NCBI RefSeq assembly: GCF_006345805.1
Contig: NC_043007.1
Location: forward strand, 47,616,001-47,680,000
Reading direction: 5' to 3'
DNA from: Octopus sinensis
Lineage: Eukaryota
Length of the DNA: 64,000 nt
Shown here: one piece after another, positions 13,751 through 27,299 of the stretch
How the letters are laid out: the number at the start of each line of letters is the position of its first letter
Position numbering within the stretch: the stretch's first letter is position 1
Notes under the pieces: generated by a model
The model's input: the letters and a program-made list of their open reading frames with translations, nothing else
Databases searched by the model: none
What the model was told of the DNA's origin: nothing
Made by a program: the position numbers and the translations under genes

Positions 13751-14248
13751 ATACGAGCAAACTAACTGTTATCACAGATTGAGGGAGGCTTCATTGCTTC
13801 CTGAAATTCATGTACAAAGCTTGGCAGAAATTGGCCAAATTCATAGAGATGAATTAGGTGGCCCTTTCCCACTCCTAATATGTTGCCTCCCTTCGTATTT
13901 ATTCTACGTCCAAATTCTACGTCCAAATTTTTTAACTTGTCTAAGTATATTATATAACGGTTTTGCTCCGCCCCCCTTTTATTATACATGTTTTGTATGT
14001 ACTTCTATACGCTTTATAATCATCTTTTACGGCATGTTTAATATTGTAATTGGCATCAATAAACAAAGGATTATTAAATACGCTGCATTAAAACCAATAA
14101 CAACTCAAAAGTAAAAACACAAAAGAAAATACAAATCATCTGGTACAATCTGCTATTTAACTTACAAATTATCCCCAGGTAGCTAAATCTTTCTTAAAGG
14201 TTTGTTTAAAATATTTATCAAACAGAAATTATAATCATCATCATCAGT

Positions 14249-14312
<64 letters not shown>

Positions 14313-14656
14313 ACGTCGTCATCAATTTTTTTATTGTTGTCGTTGTTTAGCAGTGAACTGACAGAATCTTTAGCACGCGGGACAAAATGGCGACATTTCA
14401 TCCGTCTTTACGCTCTGGGTTCAAATTCTTTGCTTTTCATCTTTCGAGGTCGATGAATAAGTACCAGTTGGGCAATGGGATCGTTGTAATAGACTAGCTC
14501 TGCTCTGGCAACAATTAGCAGGTTTTGTACCTACAGTAGAAAGAATAATCGTTGTTGTTGTTGTTGCTGATGATGATGTTGTGTTGTTGTTGTTGTTGTT
14601 GTTGTTGTGTTGTTGTTGTTGCTGATGTTGTTGTTGTTGTTGCTGCTGTTGTAGTC

Positions 14657-14713
<57 letters not shown>

Positions 14714-15211
14714 ATACGAGCAAACTAACTGTTATCACAGATTGAGGGAGGCTTCATTGCTTCCTGAAATTCATGTACAAAGCTTGGCAGAAATTGGCCA
14801 AATTCATAGAGATGAATTAGGTGGCCCTTTCCCACTCCTAATATGTTGCCTCCCTTCGTATTTATTCTACGTCCAAATTCTACGTCCAAATTTTTTAACT
14901 TGTCTAAGTATATTATATAACGGTTTTGCTCCGCCCCCCTTTTATTATACATGTTTTGTATGTACTTCTATACGCTTTATAATCATCTTTTACGGCATGT
15001 TTAATATTGTAATTGGCATCAATAAACAAAGGATTATTAAATACGCTGCATTAAAACCAATAACAACTCAAAAGTAAAAACACAAAAGAAAATACAAATC
15101 ATCTGGTACAATCTGCTATTTAACTTACAAATTATCCCCAGGTAGCTAAATCTTTCTTAAAGGTTTGTTTAAAATATTTATCAAACAGAAATTATAATCA
15201 TCATCATCAGT

Positions 15212-15269
<58 letters not shown>

Positions 15270-15534
15270 ACGTCGTCATCAATTTTTTTATTGTTGTCGT
15301 TGTTTAGCAGTGAACTGACAGAATCTTTAGCACGCGGGACAAAATGGCGACATTTCATCCGTCTTTACGCTCTGGGTTCAAATTCTTTGCTTTTCATCTT
15401 TCGAGGTCGATGAATAAGTACCAGTTGGGCAATGGGATCGTTGTAATAGACTAGCCTCTGCTCTGGCAACAATTAGCAGGTTTTGTACCTACAGTAGAAA
15501 GAATAATCGTTGTTGTTGTTGTTGCTGATGATGA

Positions 15535-15560
<26 letters not shown>
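13661..15560. repeat. Near-identical tandem duplication, 963-bp period, bounded by (GTT)n/(GAT)n
   Basis: The identical 139-aa ORFs at 13695 and 14658 are offset by 963. Visible differences are two (CAT) units and a 1-bp indel (CTAGCTCTG vs CTAGCCTCTG). Confidence 0.95.
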
Positions 15561-15577
<17 letters not shown>

Positions 15578-15636
15578 GCTGATGTTGTTGTTGTTGTTGC
15601 TGATGTTGTTGTTTTTGTTGTTGTTGTTGTTGCTGA

Positions 15637-15667
<31 letters not shown>

Positions 15668-15768
15668 GGTGGTGGTGGTGGTGGTGGTGTTAAGACCATG
15701 AACTGACAAAATCGTTAACACGATGGGCAAAATGCTCAGTAGCATTTCTTCCATAATTTAACGTTAGA

Positions 15769-15770
<2 letters not shown>

Positions 15771-15856
<86 letters not shown>
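15771..15856. repeat. (TAG)n microsatellite
   Basis: Direct reading. Confidence 0.97.
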
Positions 15857-15857
<1 letters not shown>

Positions 15858-15871
15858 ATGAAAAGCTGTTA

Positions 15872-16130
15872 CAAGCTGATTTAATTAGCAGGCATATTAT
15901 TCCGAGGTATGGTGACAGCAAGTTTCTTCAAATCTTGAAAATGTTTCTTAGGCTTCTTGCAGAATACAAGACGGTGCTCTTTTCTGCAGGTCGACAATGA
16001 GTATTTCGATTTCGGTATCCTTCAAACTGTTAGGTAACGATTTGCGTGTTGTGCCAAATGCACCAACTACCACAGGAACAATTGTCGCTTTTATGTTCTG
16101 CAACATTTTCAGGTGTCAAGATGTTTCTCA
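15872..16130 (-). mobile_element. R4/Dong-clade 3' end (second family), 5'-truncated
   Basis: Minus translation KATIVPVVVGAFGTTRKSLPNSLKDTEIEILIVDLQK and, after a frameshift, STVLYSARSLRNIFKI*, matching the R4/Dong C-terminus. On its own strand it is flanked by (TAA)n upstream and (CTA)n downstream. Confidence 0.7.
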
Positions 16131-16186
<56 letters not shown>

Positions 16187-16888
16187 CATTATTATTATTA
16201 TTATTATTATCATTATTATTATTATTATCATCAGATAAGGGCCTGTCGAGCTCTGGGGTCGATATCATCGACTTACTCCTCCGCAGAAATTGCTGGTCTA
16301 GCGCTAAAATTTGAAACCATTATTATTAATATTATTATTGTTGTTGTTGTTGTTATCATCATCATTATCATCATTATCATCATTATCATCATTGTCTTCT
16401 TCGTCTCCTTCTTCACCAATTTGAAATTCCGATGGAGAGATAAAGACGGAAATTATTTTTGTTTAAAGGTTAATAGGAATTTTGGGAGAAAGTGAAAAAG
16501 AGAGAGAATAAAATTGTGTCATCGTATTACTGACAATGTCATGACAGTGACGTAAGTTTATAAGATTAAATATACCTACAGGTGAGGTTAATAGTCCGAA
16601 AATTATAATCACTTTAACAACAGTGACTTTTAGAATTATCCTTTCATTTTCAGTTTCACATCTTGATTGAATAAATCTGTTAGGAGAAGAGGAACATCAG
16701 ATCGTAACGCCGACAGATGTCGGAAAGAAGAGAGCAAATTACATCCTACCATCTTCCGAATCTAAAGGGCACGGAATGATCACGGTTGAAGTCTGTGCTC
16801 ATCGGCCTACTGCTTTATAAGATCCAATATAGGGCTAAACAGCCCCATATTTTGAAGCCATGAAATGTCTAAATAAACGCATTTATAC

Positions 16889-16948
<60 letters not shown>

Positions 16949-19917
16949 GGATATAATTTCAGCTAATGATGTTGATATCACAGATCTCAACCACCTATAC
17001 TATGCATCCGCGAAAATCTCAACGATCCTATGTGGTGAAAAGATTAGAAAACGACAACATTCCCACAAAAAGCCTTCTTGGCAAGAGCGTATCCAACAAC
17101 AAATTAAACTATTTAGATCTGACATTGAATATTTGAAAAACCTTAAGGTTGACAAGACTACCAAACCTACAAAAACCCAAAAATTAATGAAAAAATATAA
17201 TAATAATAATATGAAAACTATACTTGATATTGATACCACCATAGAAACCATCAAGCAAAAGGTATCTGCTAAAGCTGCCCGCATAGCGAGGTATGAAAAG
17301 CGTGTTAGATTCTTCAAGGACAACAACATGTTCAAAAATAACCCCAAAAATATTTACAGGAAGATAGGAAAAACAACAGTTACTGTAAAGTCTGTACCAT
17401 CAAAAGAAGTGCAGGGACTTTGGAATAAAATTTGGGCAGAAGAATAAAGACACAACGAAAAGGCCCCCTGGATTGATAGAATATCTACAGAACTGGACTC
17501 CTTAGAAGAGCAAAAGTGGGAGGGTGTCATGGTAGAAGATATAAGATCTGCTCTCAGGAGGTCAAGCAAATGGAAGTCTCCAGGAAAGGATACAATTCCT
17601 AACTTCTGGTTGAGTGCCTTCCCAGAGAGCCATGAACTGCTAACAGAACTTTTCAATGATGTTTTGCAACACCCTAGTAGGATGCCTCCTTGGCTAGTTA
17701 ATGGGTTAACATTCCTGGTTCCAAAAAGTGAAGAAACAAATGAACCAAAAAACTATAGACCCATGACCTGCTTAACAACTATGTATAAAACGCTAACATC
17801 TGTCCTGACGGAATATACCTATAGTTTTTTAATAGACAGCAGCATATTCCCTAATGAACAGAATGGATGTAAACGTGGATCCTATGGTTGTAAAGATCAA
17901 CTACTCATCAATAAGATGATCTTAGAAGATTGTCACAAACTACACAAAAACTTATCAATAGCCTCAATAGACTATAAAAAGGCTTTTGATAGCCTACCAT
18001 ATAGCTGGATAAAGAAATGCCTGGAAATGTATAAAATAGCGCCTACTCTGCGAAACTTCTTGTCTGTAAGTATGAGATCATGGAGAACCACACTAACCTT
18101 GAACAGTGACAATGAATCTTTAAATGCTGGTGATGTAAAAATTTTAAGTGGCATTTTCCAGGGTGACTCACTATCACCACTCTTCTTTTGTTTAGCCTTG
18201 ATACCTCTCTCAAAATTGCTCAATGACGCGAAGTACGGATATAAAATGTTTGATAAAAATATAAATCATCTCATTTACATGGATGATTTAAAGCTCTTTG
18301 CAAAAAATGACCAACAACTCAAGGGCTTACTAGCGATTGTTAAACAATTCAGTGATGACATCAGAATGCAATTTGGCCTCGATAAATGTGCAAAAGCTAC
18401 CTTTATCAAAGGAAAAATAACAGAAACATCTAACATTAACCTTGACCAGCAGAATGTCATAAAAGAATTAGACCCAGCGGAGAGCTACAAGTACCTAGGG
18501 GTAATTGAAGGGGACGGAATAAGGCATACAAGTCGTGACTTACAGTTTCAATATCGTTAACTGGTCAATTACTGAAATGTGTAATCTTGACAGAAAAATA
18601 CGAAAACTGTTGACAATGCATAGAATGCACCACCCTAAGGCAGATACAGAACGACTTTATCTGCCAAGAAAAGAGGGAGGCCGTGGACTTTTACAACTGG
18701 CAATAACAATGAAGATTGCTACAATTGGCCTAGACACCTACCTGAAAAACTCTGAGGACTGGATGTTAAAACTTGTCTCAAAACATGAAAACAAGAAAGC
18801 ATCATACTCAGTAACAAAACGGGCAAAGGAATATCTAAGTGAATTCTGAATACAACAAATATCGGAATTAGACATACAAGAAACAAGCACAGAAAAAGCT
18901 AAGCGCATGAAAACCCGTGCTAAAATTGCAGCCTTAGATATTCTGAATAATAAATGGCAAGAAAAATCTCTCTATGGCAAATACCCAAAGAGAGCGAATA
19001 ATGCAGATGTTGACAAAGCCCTGGCCCATCAATGGCTAATGGCCTCTGGCTTAAAATCTGAAACAGAAGGGTTTATCATAGCAGCTCAAGATCAATGCCT
19101 ACCAACAAGAAACTACCAGGCCAACATATTAAAGAACGGCAGTAGCCCAACATGTCGTGTATGTCAACAACAAAATGAAACCATTGATCATGTTGTCTCC
19201 AAGTGCAGTCTTCTAGCGCCTACAGAGTATCTCAACAGGCATGATAGAGCTGCACAATATATTCACTGGGTAATTTGCAAAAACCTGAATTTGCCCCATG
19301 AAAAAAACTGGTGGGAACACAAACCACCTCCAGTGCTTGAAAATGACCACATCTCACTCCTCTGGAACTTCACCATTCAAACTGACAGAAAGATAGATGC
19401 AAATAGGCCAAACATCATATTGAAAGACTTCAGACAAAGAACATGCCTCCACATTGATATAACTGTCCCAATCGATATAAACGTATCTGTCAAGACCTAC
19501 CAAAAACTGAGCAAATATAAAGATCTTGAAATAGAAATCAGCAAAATGTGGAAGCTGAAGACTAAAACAATACTTGTTGTCATAGGTGCCCTGGGAATGA
19601 TAGCAAAAGGGGCTGATTGCTACCTAACTCAAATACCAGGAAACCCCAAAATGGCAGAAATTCAAAAGATAGTGCTCATGGGAACTGCTCATATCCTACG
19701 CAAAATACTTTCTATGTAATTTCAAGGTTTAAAACAAATATAATTTTCGGTTTTTTATTTTTTTATAGACATTCACTTGTACAACACCCAAAAAAAAAAC
19801 AAATATATGGCACACTAGGCGTAACAACAACATGAACTTCCAACCTGTTGTCTCTTGAGGTCTTTGGGTGAGACTTGGAGCCAACTTGTACAAATATAAA
19901 GCAAAAGTCAAACATAG
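16949..19917 (+). mobile_element. R4/Dong-clade non-LTR retrotransposon (RT, CCHC knuckle, restriction-like endonuclease), 5'-truncated, inactive, inserted in (TAA)n
   Basis: RT: KWKSPGKD, NYRPMTCL, DYKKAFDS, GIFQGDSLSPL, YMDDLKL, FGLDKC. Zinc knuckle CRVCQQQNETIDHVVSKC; RHD; RLE region RPNII...KLSKY. In-frame stops at 17445 and 18847 and a frameshift near 18530. (TAA)20 at 16889-16948 and (AAT)n at 19918-19975. Confidence 0.95.
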
Positions 19918-19942
19918 AATAATAATAATAATAATAATAATA

Positions 19943-19978
<36 letters not shown>

Positions 19979-20516
19979 TGCCCTGATGCAGTACCAGGCA
20001 GTGGCTCTCATGGCTTCTGATCTTAACTGATTGGAAGTGTTATCATGTACATTGTTTTGTCTTGGTATAAAAGATGGGCTACAGCAAATATTCTGCTCAA
20101 TACCACAGATTTGCTTGTCAGTTGTTTGACCTTAACCAGTTGAGCATGTCCCTTAGTGGCTGACGATATGTGCATCTCTGATCACGAGCAGAAGTAGTGG
20201 GGGAGCATCATAGCCATGTGTTGAGAGGGATTCTTTGGGATTTGAATAATTCACCTCTGGAAACATGGGTGGTTCTTTCAACATCCTTAATTAAACCTTA
20301 TTCAGGGACCTTTTAAGTGGGATGGGCTATTCGACCAGAAGAAAATTCTAACTGGGCCCAACCTGTAAGGTCATGCGCTGTTAATCCTGATATGAGATCA
20401 CCGTGTCGCGCACATATGGTTCTGATGCATGTGCCTGGTGTACCCTTATCAGACGGGTAGTCGTGATGGGTATACTGGGCTTCGTATATTCTACCCCACT
20501 GCTCTCACATTCACTT
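19979..20516. mobile_element. Unclassified non-coding element of about 540 bp embedded in (TAA)n
   Basis: Complex, GC-richer sequence with no long ORF and no recognisable tRNA box, bounded by (TAA)n on both sides. Confidence 0.6.
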
Positions 20517-20534
20517 ATAATAATAATAATAATA

Positions 20535-20569
<35 letters not shown>

Positions 20570-20924
20570 TAATAATGATAATAATAATAATAATAATAAC
20601 AACAACAACAGCAGCAGCAACAGCAACATAACTTTGCCGATCTCCGGCAGCAGCCACATCAGTAGCAGCTCATGAAGCAACAACAATAATAATGTTGATA
20701 ACGGCTACACTGTTACAATGGCTACAAAGGGTTGCTGCAAGGATAGAAACAGTGACAGTGGTAGTTGTGATCACCGATGGCTATGGCTGCTGTAATGGCA
20801 TAGTGGTGGTTATTGTAACGGCAATAATGGTGGCGCGGGGGATAATAATGGCGGTTATAATAATGGTAGAGATAATAATAATTGTTTCTTTATTAGCCAC
20901 ACAGGGCTCAATAATAATAATATT

Positions 20925-21175
20925 AATGTAGCACGAAAATGTTTTATGAAACCAAAAAGAAAATTAAAAGAGTACACCAAATCGCTTGTCCTTTGGTTAA
21001 TTTGAAACTGCGTCCCTCACGGGTGAGCTAGCCTGGGGTCGAAAAGTCATGCACTGGCACAAAATTAGTGAATTGATGAAGATCATACTTATAGTTTCTT
21101 TACCTATTTTATATAAATACTTTCCTTAAGATGTGCGCTGTGTCCAATAAGGCTGCTTTTTTCCAGCTGCCTAAG
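20925..21175 (-). mobile_element. R4/Dong-clade 3' end (third family)
   Basis: Minus translation KKAALLDTAHILRKVFI* parallels VLMGTAHILRKILSM* of the 16949 element. It is followed by a short UTR and lies between TAA/TTA tracts. Confidence 0.7.
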
Positions 21176-21206
21176 AAGTCTTGAAGATTCAATTATTATT
21201 ATCATT

Positions 21207-21243
<37 letters not shown>

Positions 21244-21499
21244 TATTATTATTATTATTATCATCATCATCATCATCATTATTATTACTACTACCACTAC
21301 TACTACTACTACTAATATTATTATTAATAGCATTCTTATAGCCGTAAAGCGCAGCTGATACTTTAATAAAGCAAACTCATAAATATCACTAAAAGAATTT
21401 ATACTACTTCAAAACTCCATCCAATACTGTGTTTACAAGCAGTAGTGTATATATTTATTTCTTAGTGATAGCAAATTCACATAGTGATTGAAATAAAGC

Positions 21500-21800
21500 G
21501 AGTTAGCGATTTCTTTTCATGGTTTGCTGTAAAATTCTTAAACACCAACAGCATCTTTACCATTGCAAAATAAACCTATTACACACCGATGGTGCAATGA
21601 TGCATGTATTTATTTTATCTCCCTCACGAATAAAGCCATCAAGTGAAAAAAGCTTGCCAGTTTTTTCTTCTTGGCTCGCTTCTACTACAAAATCTACGAC
21701 CATTTTACTTCCATAGATTGAAAGTAGTAAACATCAATAGCTCCCGCTGCTTCTGTTACATATTTTGACTCTATGTTGACCTTGCTAACCAGCTCGACTA
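21500..21800 (-). mobile_element. Possible Penelope-like RT relic
   Basis: Minus translation DFVVEASQEEKTGKLFSLDGFIREGDKINTCI loosely resembles the PLE FTxExEx...LPFLDVLVIRE...TSVYRK segment. Confidence 0.25.
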
Positions 21801-22734
21801 TCAAAGAGCAAGCAACATCAATAGCATATAGTAATTTTTACTCCTCTCCCTCTCTCTCACACATACACACACTCTCTCACTTTCTCTCTCTCTCTCTCTC
21901 CTATTTTATTATCTCTTTACTTTTCCGGTGAACTTCCTCTGAGTCTATTTATAGATTATTGATGTTATCTTATTCCACTCCTCTATCTATCTGTATATCT
22001 GTGTCACCTTCCCTTCCTTTATTCCCTCTTCTTTCATTACTTATGACTCTCCTAAACCCTGTTCCTAGTAATTGATACTAATGAACGTAGAAATTTTCTT
22101 AACACAAGACCAACACTGAATAGCCTCATCCACATCTACATAAATAAACAAAAATATGGTTCATATGGCATCACAAAAATCAAACGGCAAAACACTTCAT
22201 ACAACTGAGCCACACAAAGCTGAGTCGTAATAAAATGCTAGAAACCCATACAATGCCATGAAATATCATTTAGAAAAAGATAATGATAGTCCTCTGGGGT
22301 GAAAACGAAAGTAGGACATGGTTTCTGGTCTCCCTGGGACCTCACATGCAGGAACCGTTATAAAAGCACTGGATCGTTTCTAAAAGATGGACAGAATTTC
22401 TACTTAACTAAATAATTTGAATCTTCGTATACTGGTAGAATGTGTCAAAAGAAAACATTAATTTCTTTTGAGAAAATTGTATTTTGTAACTTTTACGTAG
22501 TTTAATTCTTCGAATTTTAACCAATGAAATCCCAGCATTTGAGCTAAATTCAGTTGCTGCGTCTAAGTAAACAGCAGACACACACACACGCACACGTGTT
22601 ATTCATCCATCACTTCTGTCTTCTGTCTTCTGTCTTCTGCAGGTGCTAGAAATAACAGCTGAATTTCGTCGCCCAATAAAAATATTAACGATATTTTTTG
22701 AATATTTTCTTTATTTTTTTTTACCGAAAAGTCA

Positions 22735-23582
22735 TTAATTGAGAATAACCCACATTGCACCACCCGAGAATTAGCAGAAAACTTCAATCTATCAAAATCC
22801 ATCGTTCATGAGCACCTGGTAAAGCTTGGATACACAAATCGCTATAATGTTTGGGTACCACATGAGTTGAATGAGAAGAACCTTTTGAATCACATTTCCA
22901 TATGTGATTCGCTTTATAAACGGAATGAAAACGTGCCTTTTTTAAAATAAATTTTGACAGGTGATGAGAAATGGATTATCTACCGAAATGTTCAGAGAAA
23001 GCGCTCCTGGAGTAAGTGACATGAGCTACCCTTAGCCACCCCAAAAGCGGGGTGTGTCTGGTGGAATTGGAAAGGAATTCTGTATTATGGGCTTCTCCCA
23101 AATAACCAGGCAATTAATTCTGAGAAATACTGCTTACAACTGGACGAGTTAAAAGCAGCAATTCAAGAGAAACGTCCAGAATTGGCCAACAGGAAGGGTG
23201 TTGTTTTCCAACATGATAATGCAAGACCGCACGTTTCTTTGGAAAAACAAAAATTGCTGTAGCTCGGCTGGGATGTATTACCCCATCCTCCATATTCAAA
23301 AGATTTGCTCCTTCGGATTTCCACTTATTCAGGTCTCTGCAGAATAGTCTTAATAGTAAAAATTTCAGTTCCTTAGATGACGTAAAAAGATACCTTGATG
23401 AATTCTTTAACATGAAACCACCCCAATTCTGGGAAGAGAGTATTTTCAAGTTAAAGAAAAGATAGAAACGCATTGTGCAACAAAATGCTTCATATTTGGT
23501 TGATTAAAAATGTAATAGCAAGTATTTATTGACCTTTTTCTTTCCTTTAAAAATCGGCAAGAACTTTCCGGACAACCCAATA
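22735..23582 (+). mobile_element. Mariner (D,D34D) transposase remnant with 3' TIR and TA
   Basis: WVPHEL (22852), TGDEKW, HDNARPH and a frameshifted YSxDLAPSDF. Ends GAACTTTCCGGACAACCCAA-TA. No 5' TIR found. Confidence 0.9.
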
Positions 23583-24929
23583 TATACATCCAAATATACA
23601 TAAACATATACGTTTATATATATATATGTATGTGCGTGCGCGTGTGTGTGTGTGTGTGTGTACACACGCTCACGTACGCACGCAACCATGCACCATATAT
23701 ATATAATCAAACACAAACGTATACATGTAGATAGAAATAGTGCTCACGATTATGTTTTACCAAAACAAGTTTCGGGTAGGAGTTATCTCTAAGAGAAGTG
23801 ATTAATCAATTCCAACCAAAGATACTGATTTAGGCATTCCTTTTTCTTCATTTCTTTCTATTTGTTTCGGTGAAGGCAAACTTGGATGGTCCAAATAGAC
23901 GCCTTCATTAGCCACATTTGTACGGCTGAGGCATTTTTTGGCGATATCTGCGGCCAGTTAATTGAATATTCTGGATAGAAATACATTTAGAAAAAAAATC
24001 GCTTCTAAAGTGCTGTTAATTTAGATATGTATGTATGCATGTATGTATGTATATATATATATATATATTATATATATGCATGTATGCATGCATGTATGTA
24101 TGTATGTATGAATGTATGTACATATGTATCTATGCATGTATTTATGTATGTACGTATGTGTGCGTGTATGTATGAATATATATATGTATATATATATATA
24201 TATATGCGCGCGTGTGTGTATGTGTATTTGGGTATGAATGTATAAGTGTATATAATTGTGTATGTATGTCTATGTATAAATGTGTGTGTATGTGTGTCTA
24301 TGCGGTGCATGTATGCCTTAGTATGCATATATGTGTGCAGATTGGCCTTTTTCTCTGTATAAAATTTTGTTCGTTCGTATGCAGTGCCTTTTGGATCTGT
24401 AAGTATCCGTGTGTGCAAGTATGAGAGTGTATGTAAGTGTGTGAGTATATCTGAGTGTAATAATGAGAGTTTATGCATGTATATGTGTGTAATTACAGGG
24501 TAAACATTATATTCCCAGCCACTACCGCCAACAACGCCATTACGGAGTTATCTTTCCTCTGGAAGGCAGGATTTATTCGTGTTACTTTCACTTTAAAAAA
24601 AAACCCACAGTTAGTTTTGTGTTCTTGTTTTTTTTATTGTTTTGTTTTTAACTTGTTATATCCATTAAGTCGAAGGACATTCTGGAGCCCATCTTTTATC
24701 AGTAACACTAAAAGTTTTTGTTGTTTCCAATAATACTTCTCCATAAATTAGAAGCAAATGCTCTTAAAGATCGGCTTGTCTACTGTAACATTTTTTATAA
24801 CTAAGTCTAAAGCTATGCACGGCTGACGAGACATCATGAGCTGCAACAGTCTGCTCTCTCTTGATTCCGAGCCTTTTATTATTAATAATAATTGTCGCTT
24901 GTCAGCTTATACGTTCGCTTATCTATGAA

Positions 24930-25004
<75 letters not shown>

Positions 25005-27299
25005 TGTATGAGTGTATCCGTGTTCTTGTGCTTGTGTGTGAGTGTAAGTATGTAAAAGTGTGAGCATCCAGCTCACAACATCCTGTAAACTAGATTTAGA
25101 TTTCACGTCTAAAAATGGTTTGCGTTTCAAGAATAAAATACATGCAATATGAAGACAATCAACAATTATTATCGATGCCAAGAATCGAATTCTCTGCCAA
25201 ACATTAGCCTGACATTGTTACCCCTAGACGACACTTGGGATATAATAATTTTCATTATAAGATTGCAGCTTCATAAAACTGACATAAATGCACGATAATA
25301 TCGGTTGAATATGGATTTCTTTTACTTCATTCTCTTATTTCTTTCCTTCTATTCTCATTCACTTTCTTTTTTAATCTTTATGTCATTTTCTTTTTAATAT
25401 TTTCCTCGAAATTATTTTTCTTTTCTAATTATTTTTTTTCTTTCTCTCCTTTCTATTTTTTTTATGTCGTTTTAGTCCAGCAACTTAATGGCCTTATGTT
25501 TCAAAATCAATATGAACTGCAAGATTTTATTTTAAAATAAAATTTGAATTAGTACATTATTATTATTTATTTTATCTTCGTATTGTGCATTTTTATTGAT
25601 ATTTATTATATTTTCAGGGAAGAACGCAAAGTCCAATCGTACATTTTTGTAAATCGAATCACATACGTGTATCTATGTGCGTGGATGTGTATGTGTGTGT
25701 GTGCGCGTATTTAATTTTTATACTATTTATTATTAATAATATTAAGAAATTTGTGTTCCTCTGTTGATTTTTTGATTTTCAATTTTAAATCAGTTTTCTG
25801 CATTTATTGCAGGCTTGAATAATTAGTAAAATGCATTGACGTGTTAAGATTGAGTTATCGATCTTGAATTTTGGTCCGTGGACCGAAACATAATCAGTTC
25901 TGATAATGTACTTTAATGACATCCGCTAGTTGTTCTACTCCTGTCACTAATCACCCGACCATCGTCCTTCACCCACCCTCACAAGGATACAGGTTACAAG
26001 TTGAGCAGTAAAAAAAATATAAACGAAAGTCCATTGTATTTGTGCCGACAGATATCATATGTACCAAGATTCTAGCAGCAAAGTGAATAACGCAAGCACG
26101 CAAGCATTCCTGTCAGAAATGTTCTGAAAATTGTGCTAAAACTTGTTTAAGTTTAGTGAGATGATAAAGGAAAAACTATTTCTAATGAAGGCACACGGGC
26201 AGAAATTTGGAGGAAGACATTAGTCGAATTAAATCAACTCAGGAACTAGACTAGTACTTCATCCATTGATCCCAGGAGAAGGAAAGGTAAGGTTGTCCTT
26301 CGTAGTATTTGAACTTACAATGAAAGGAGCCAGAGTATACACTGCAAAGCACTTCATCCGACACGCTAATAATTCTTTCATTCCACTACTCTAAATGACT
26401 TATAAAATAATGGATTCTCGTTTTGTCAAAAGACCAAAAGTTTTTAAAGGGGTGGGTTATTCAATACCATCAACCCACAGTACAGCACTGTTTCTTTATT
26501 GACCCCAAAAAGACGAAAGCAAATTTGACATTAGTGAGTTTTCATTAAATTTCATAATGCGTGTTTTCTTTTTCCGACGCTTTAACGATTCTGCCGGCTT
26601 GCCAGCTTTGTGATTTATGAAATAATGAGAAACTTTGATAGAGAAAAAACAAATTATCATAAAGTAGCAAAGAAGGAATGCGGAAGGGTAAGCGCCGTAT
26701 GTATATGGAAGGGGGAAGTGAGCTCATAATGCTTCAGTTCAAATCAACAACAGACGTTATTTTCCTTATTTTCTTCCTTTATATCAGCAGACTTAAGTTA
26801 TGAGTATCAATGCACTTACCTGCGCCTAATAATTAAAGGGTTGTTTTGGGTATGTTACAAGCGAAGGATAAAACTTATATTGCATGCATTTTTATTTTGG
26901 ATATATTATCTGAGAAAGACAAACGTTATATCGTATGCAGGTTAGAGAGTTTATAGATCGTTCATTTAATGAGAGCTTATCATATTGGAGGACTAATGAC
27001 ATTTACATTAAGATTTAACAAAAGACCTAAAAGTTCGAATGCCTCAGTAAATCTGTGTTCTTGATACTTATTAATTATGAAATGCAAATACACATGTTAC
27101 CTATGTAATAAACTCTGTCATGAATGGAGCCTTTTTCTTGTCACTAGACGTTCATGAAAACATTTCAATACATGAAATATGTTGAAATGTTTCTTCAATA
27201 TATTAAATGTTTTTCACCAGAAGATCGAAAGAGACGGCTCAGACAGCATGTTGAATACATCCAACTAAACACTGCTCGTCACAGCTGACAAGTTTGCAG

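Noticed and set aside
13695-14114. Duplicated 139-aa ORF as a gene
   Set aside because: It starts in a (GAT)n tract, has no recognisable domain, and the second copy simply reflects the tandem duplication.
19980-20030. CTGATGC near the start of the TAA-embedded element
   Set aside because: No downstream GAAA box, so not a hammerhead.
23865-23915. Hammerhead-like CTAATGA...GAAAC on the minus strand
   Set aside because: G5 is absent, spacing before GAAAC is wrong and there is no stem I/III support.
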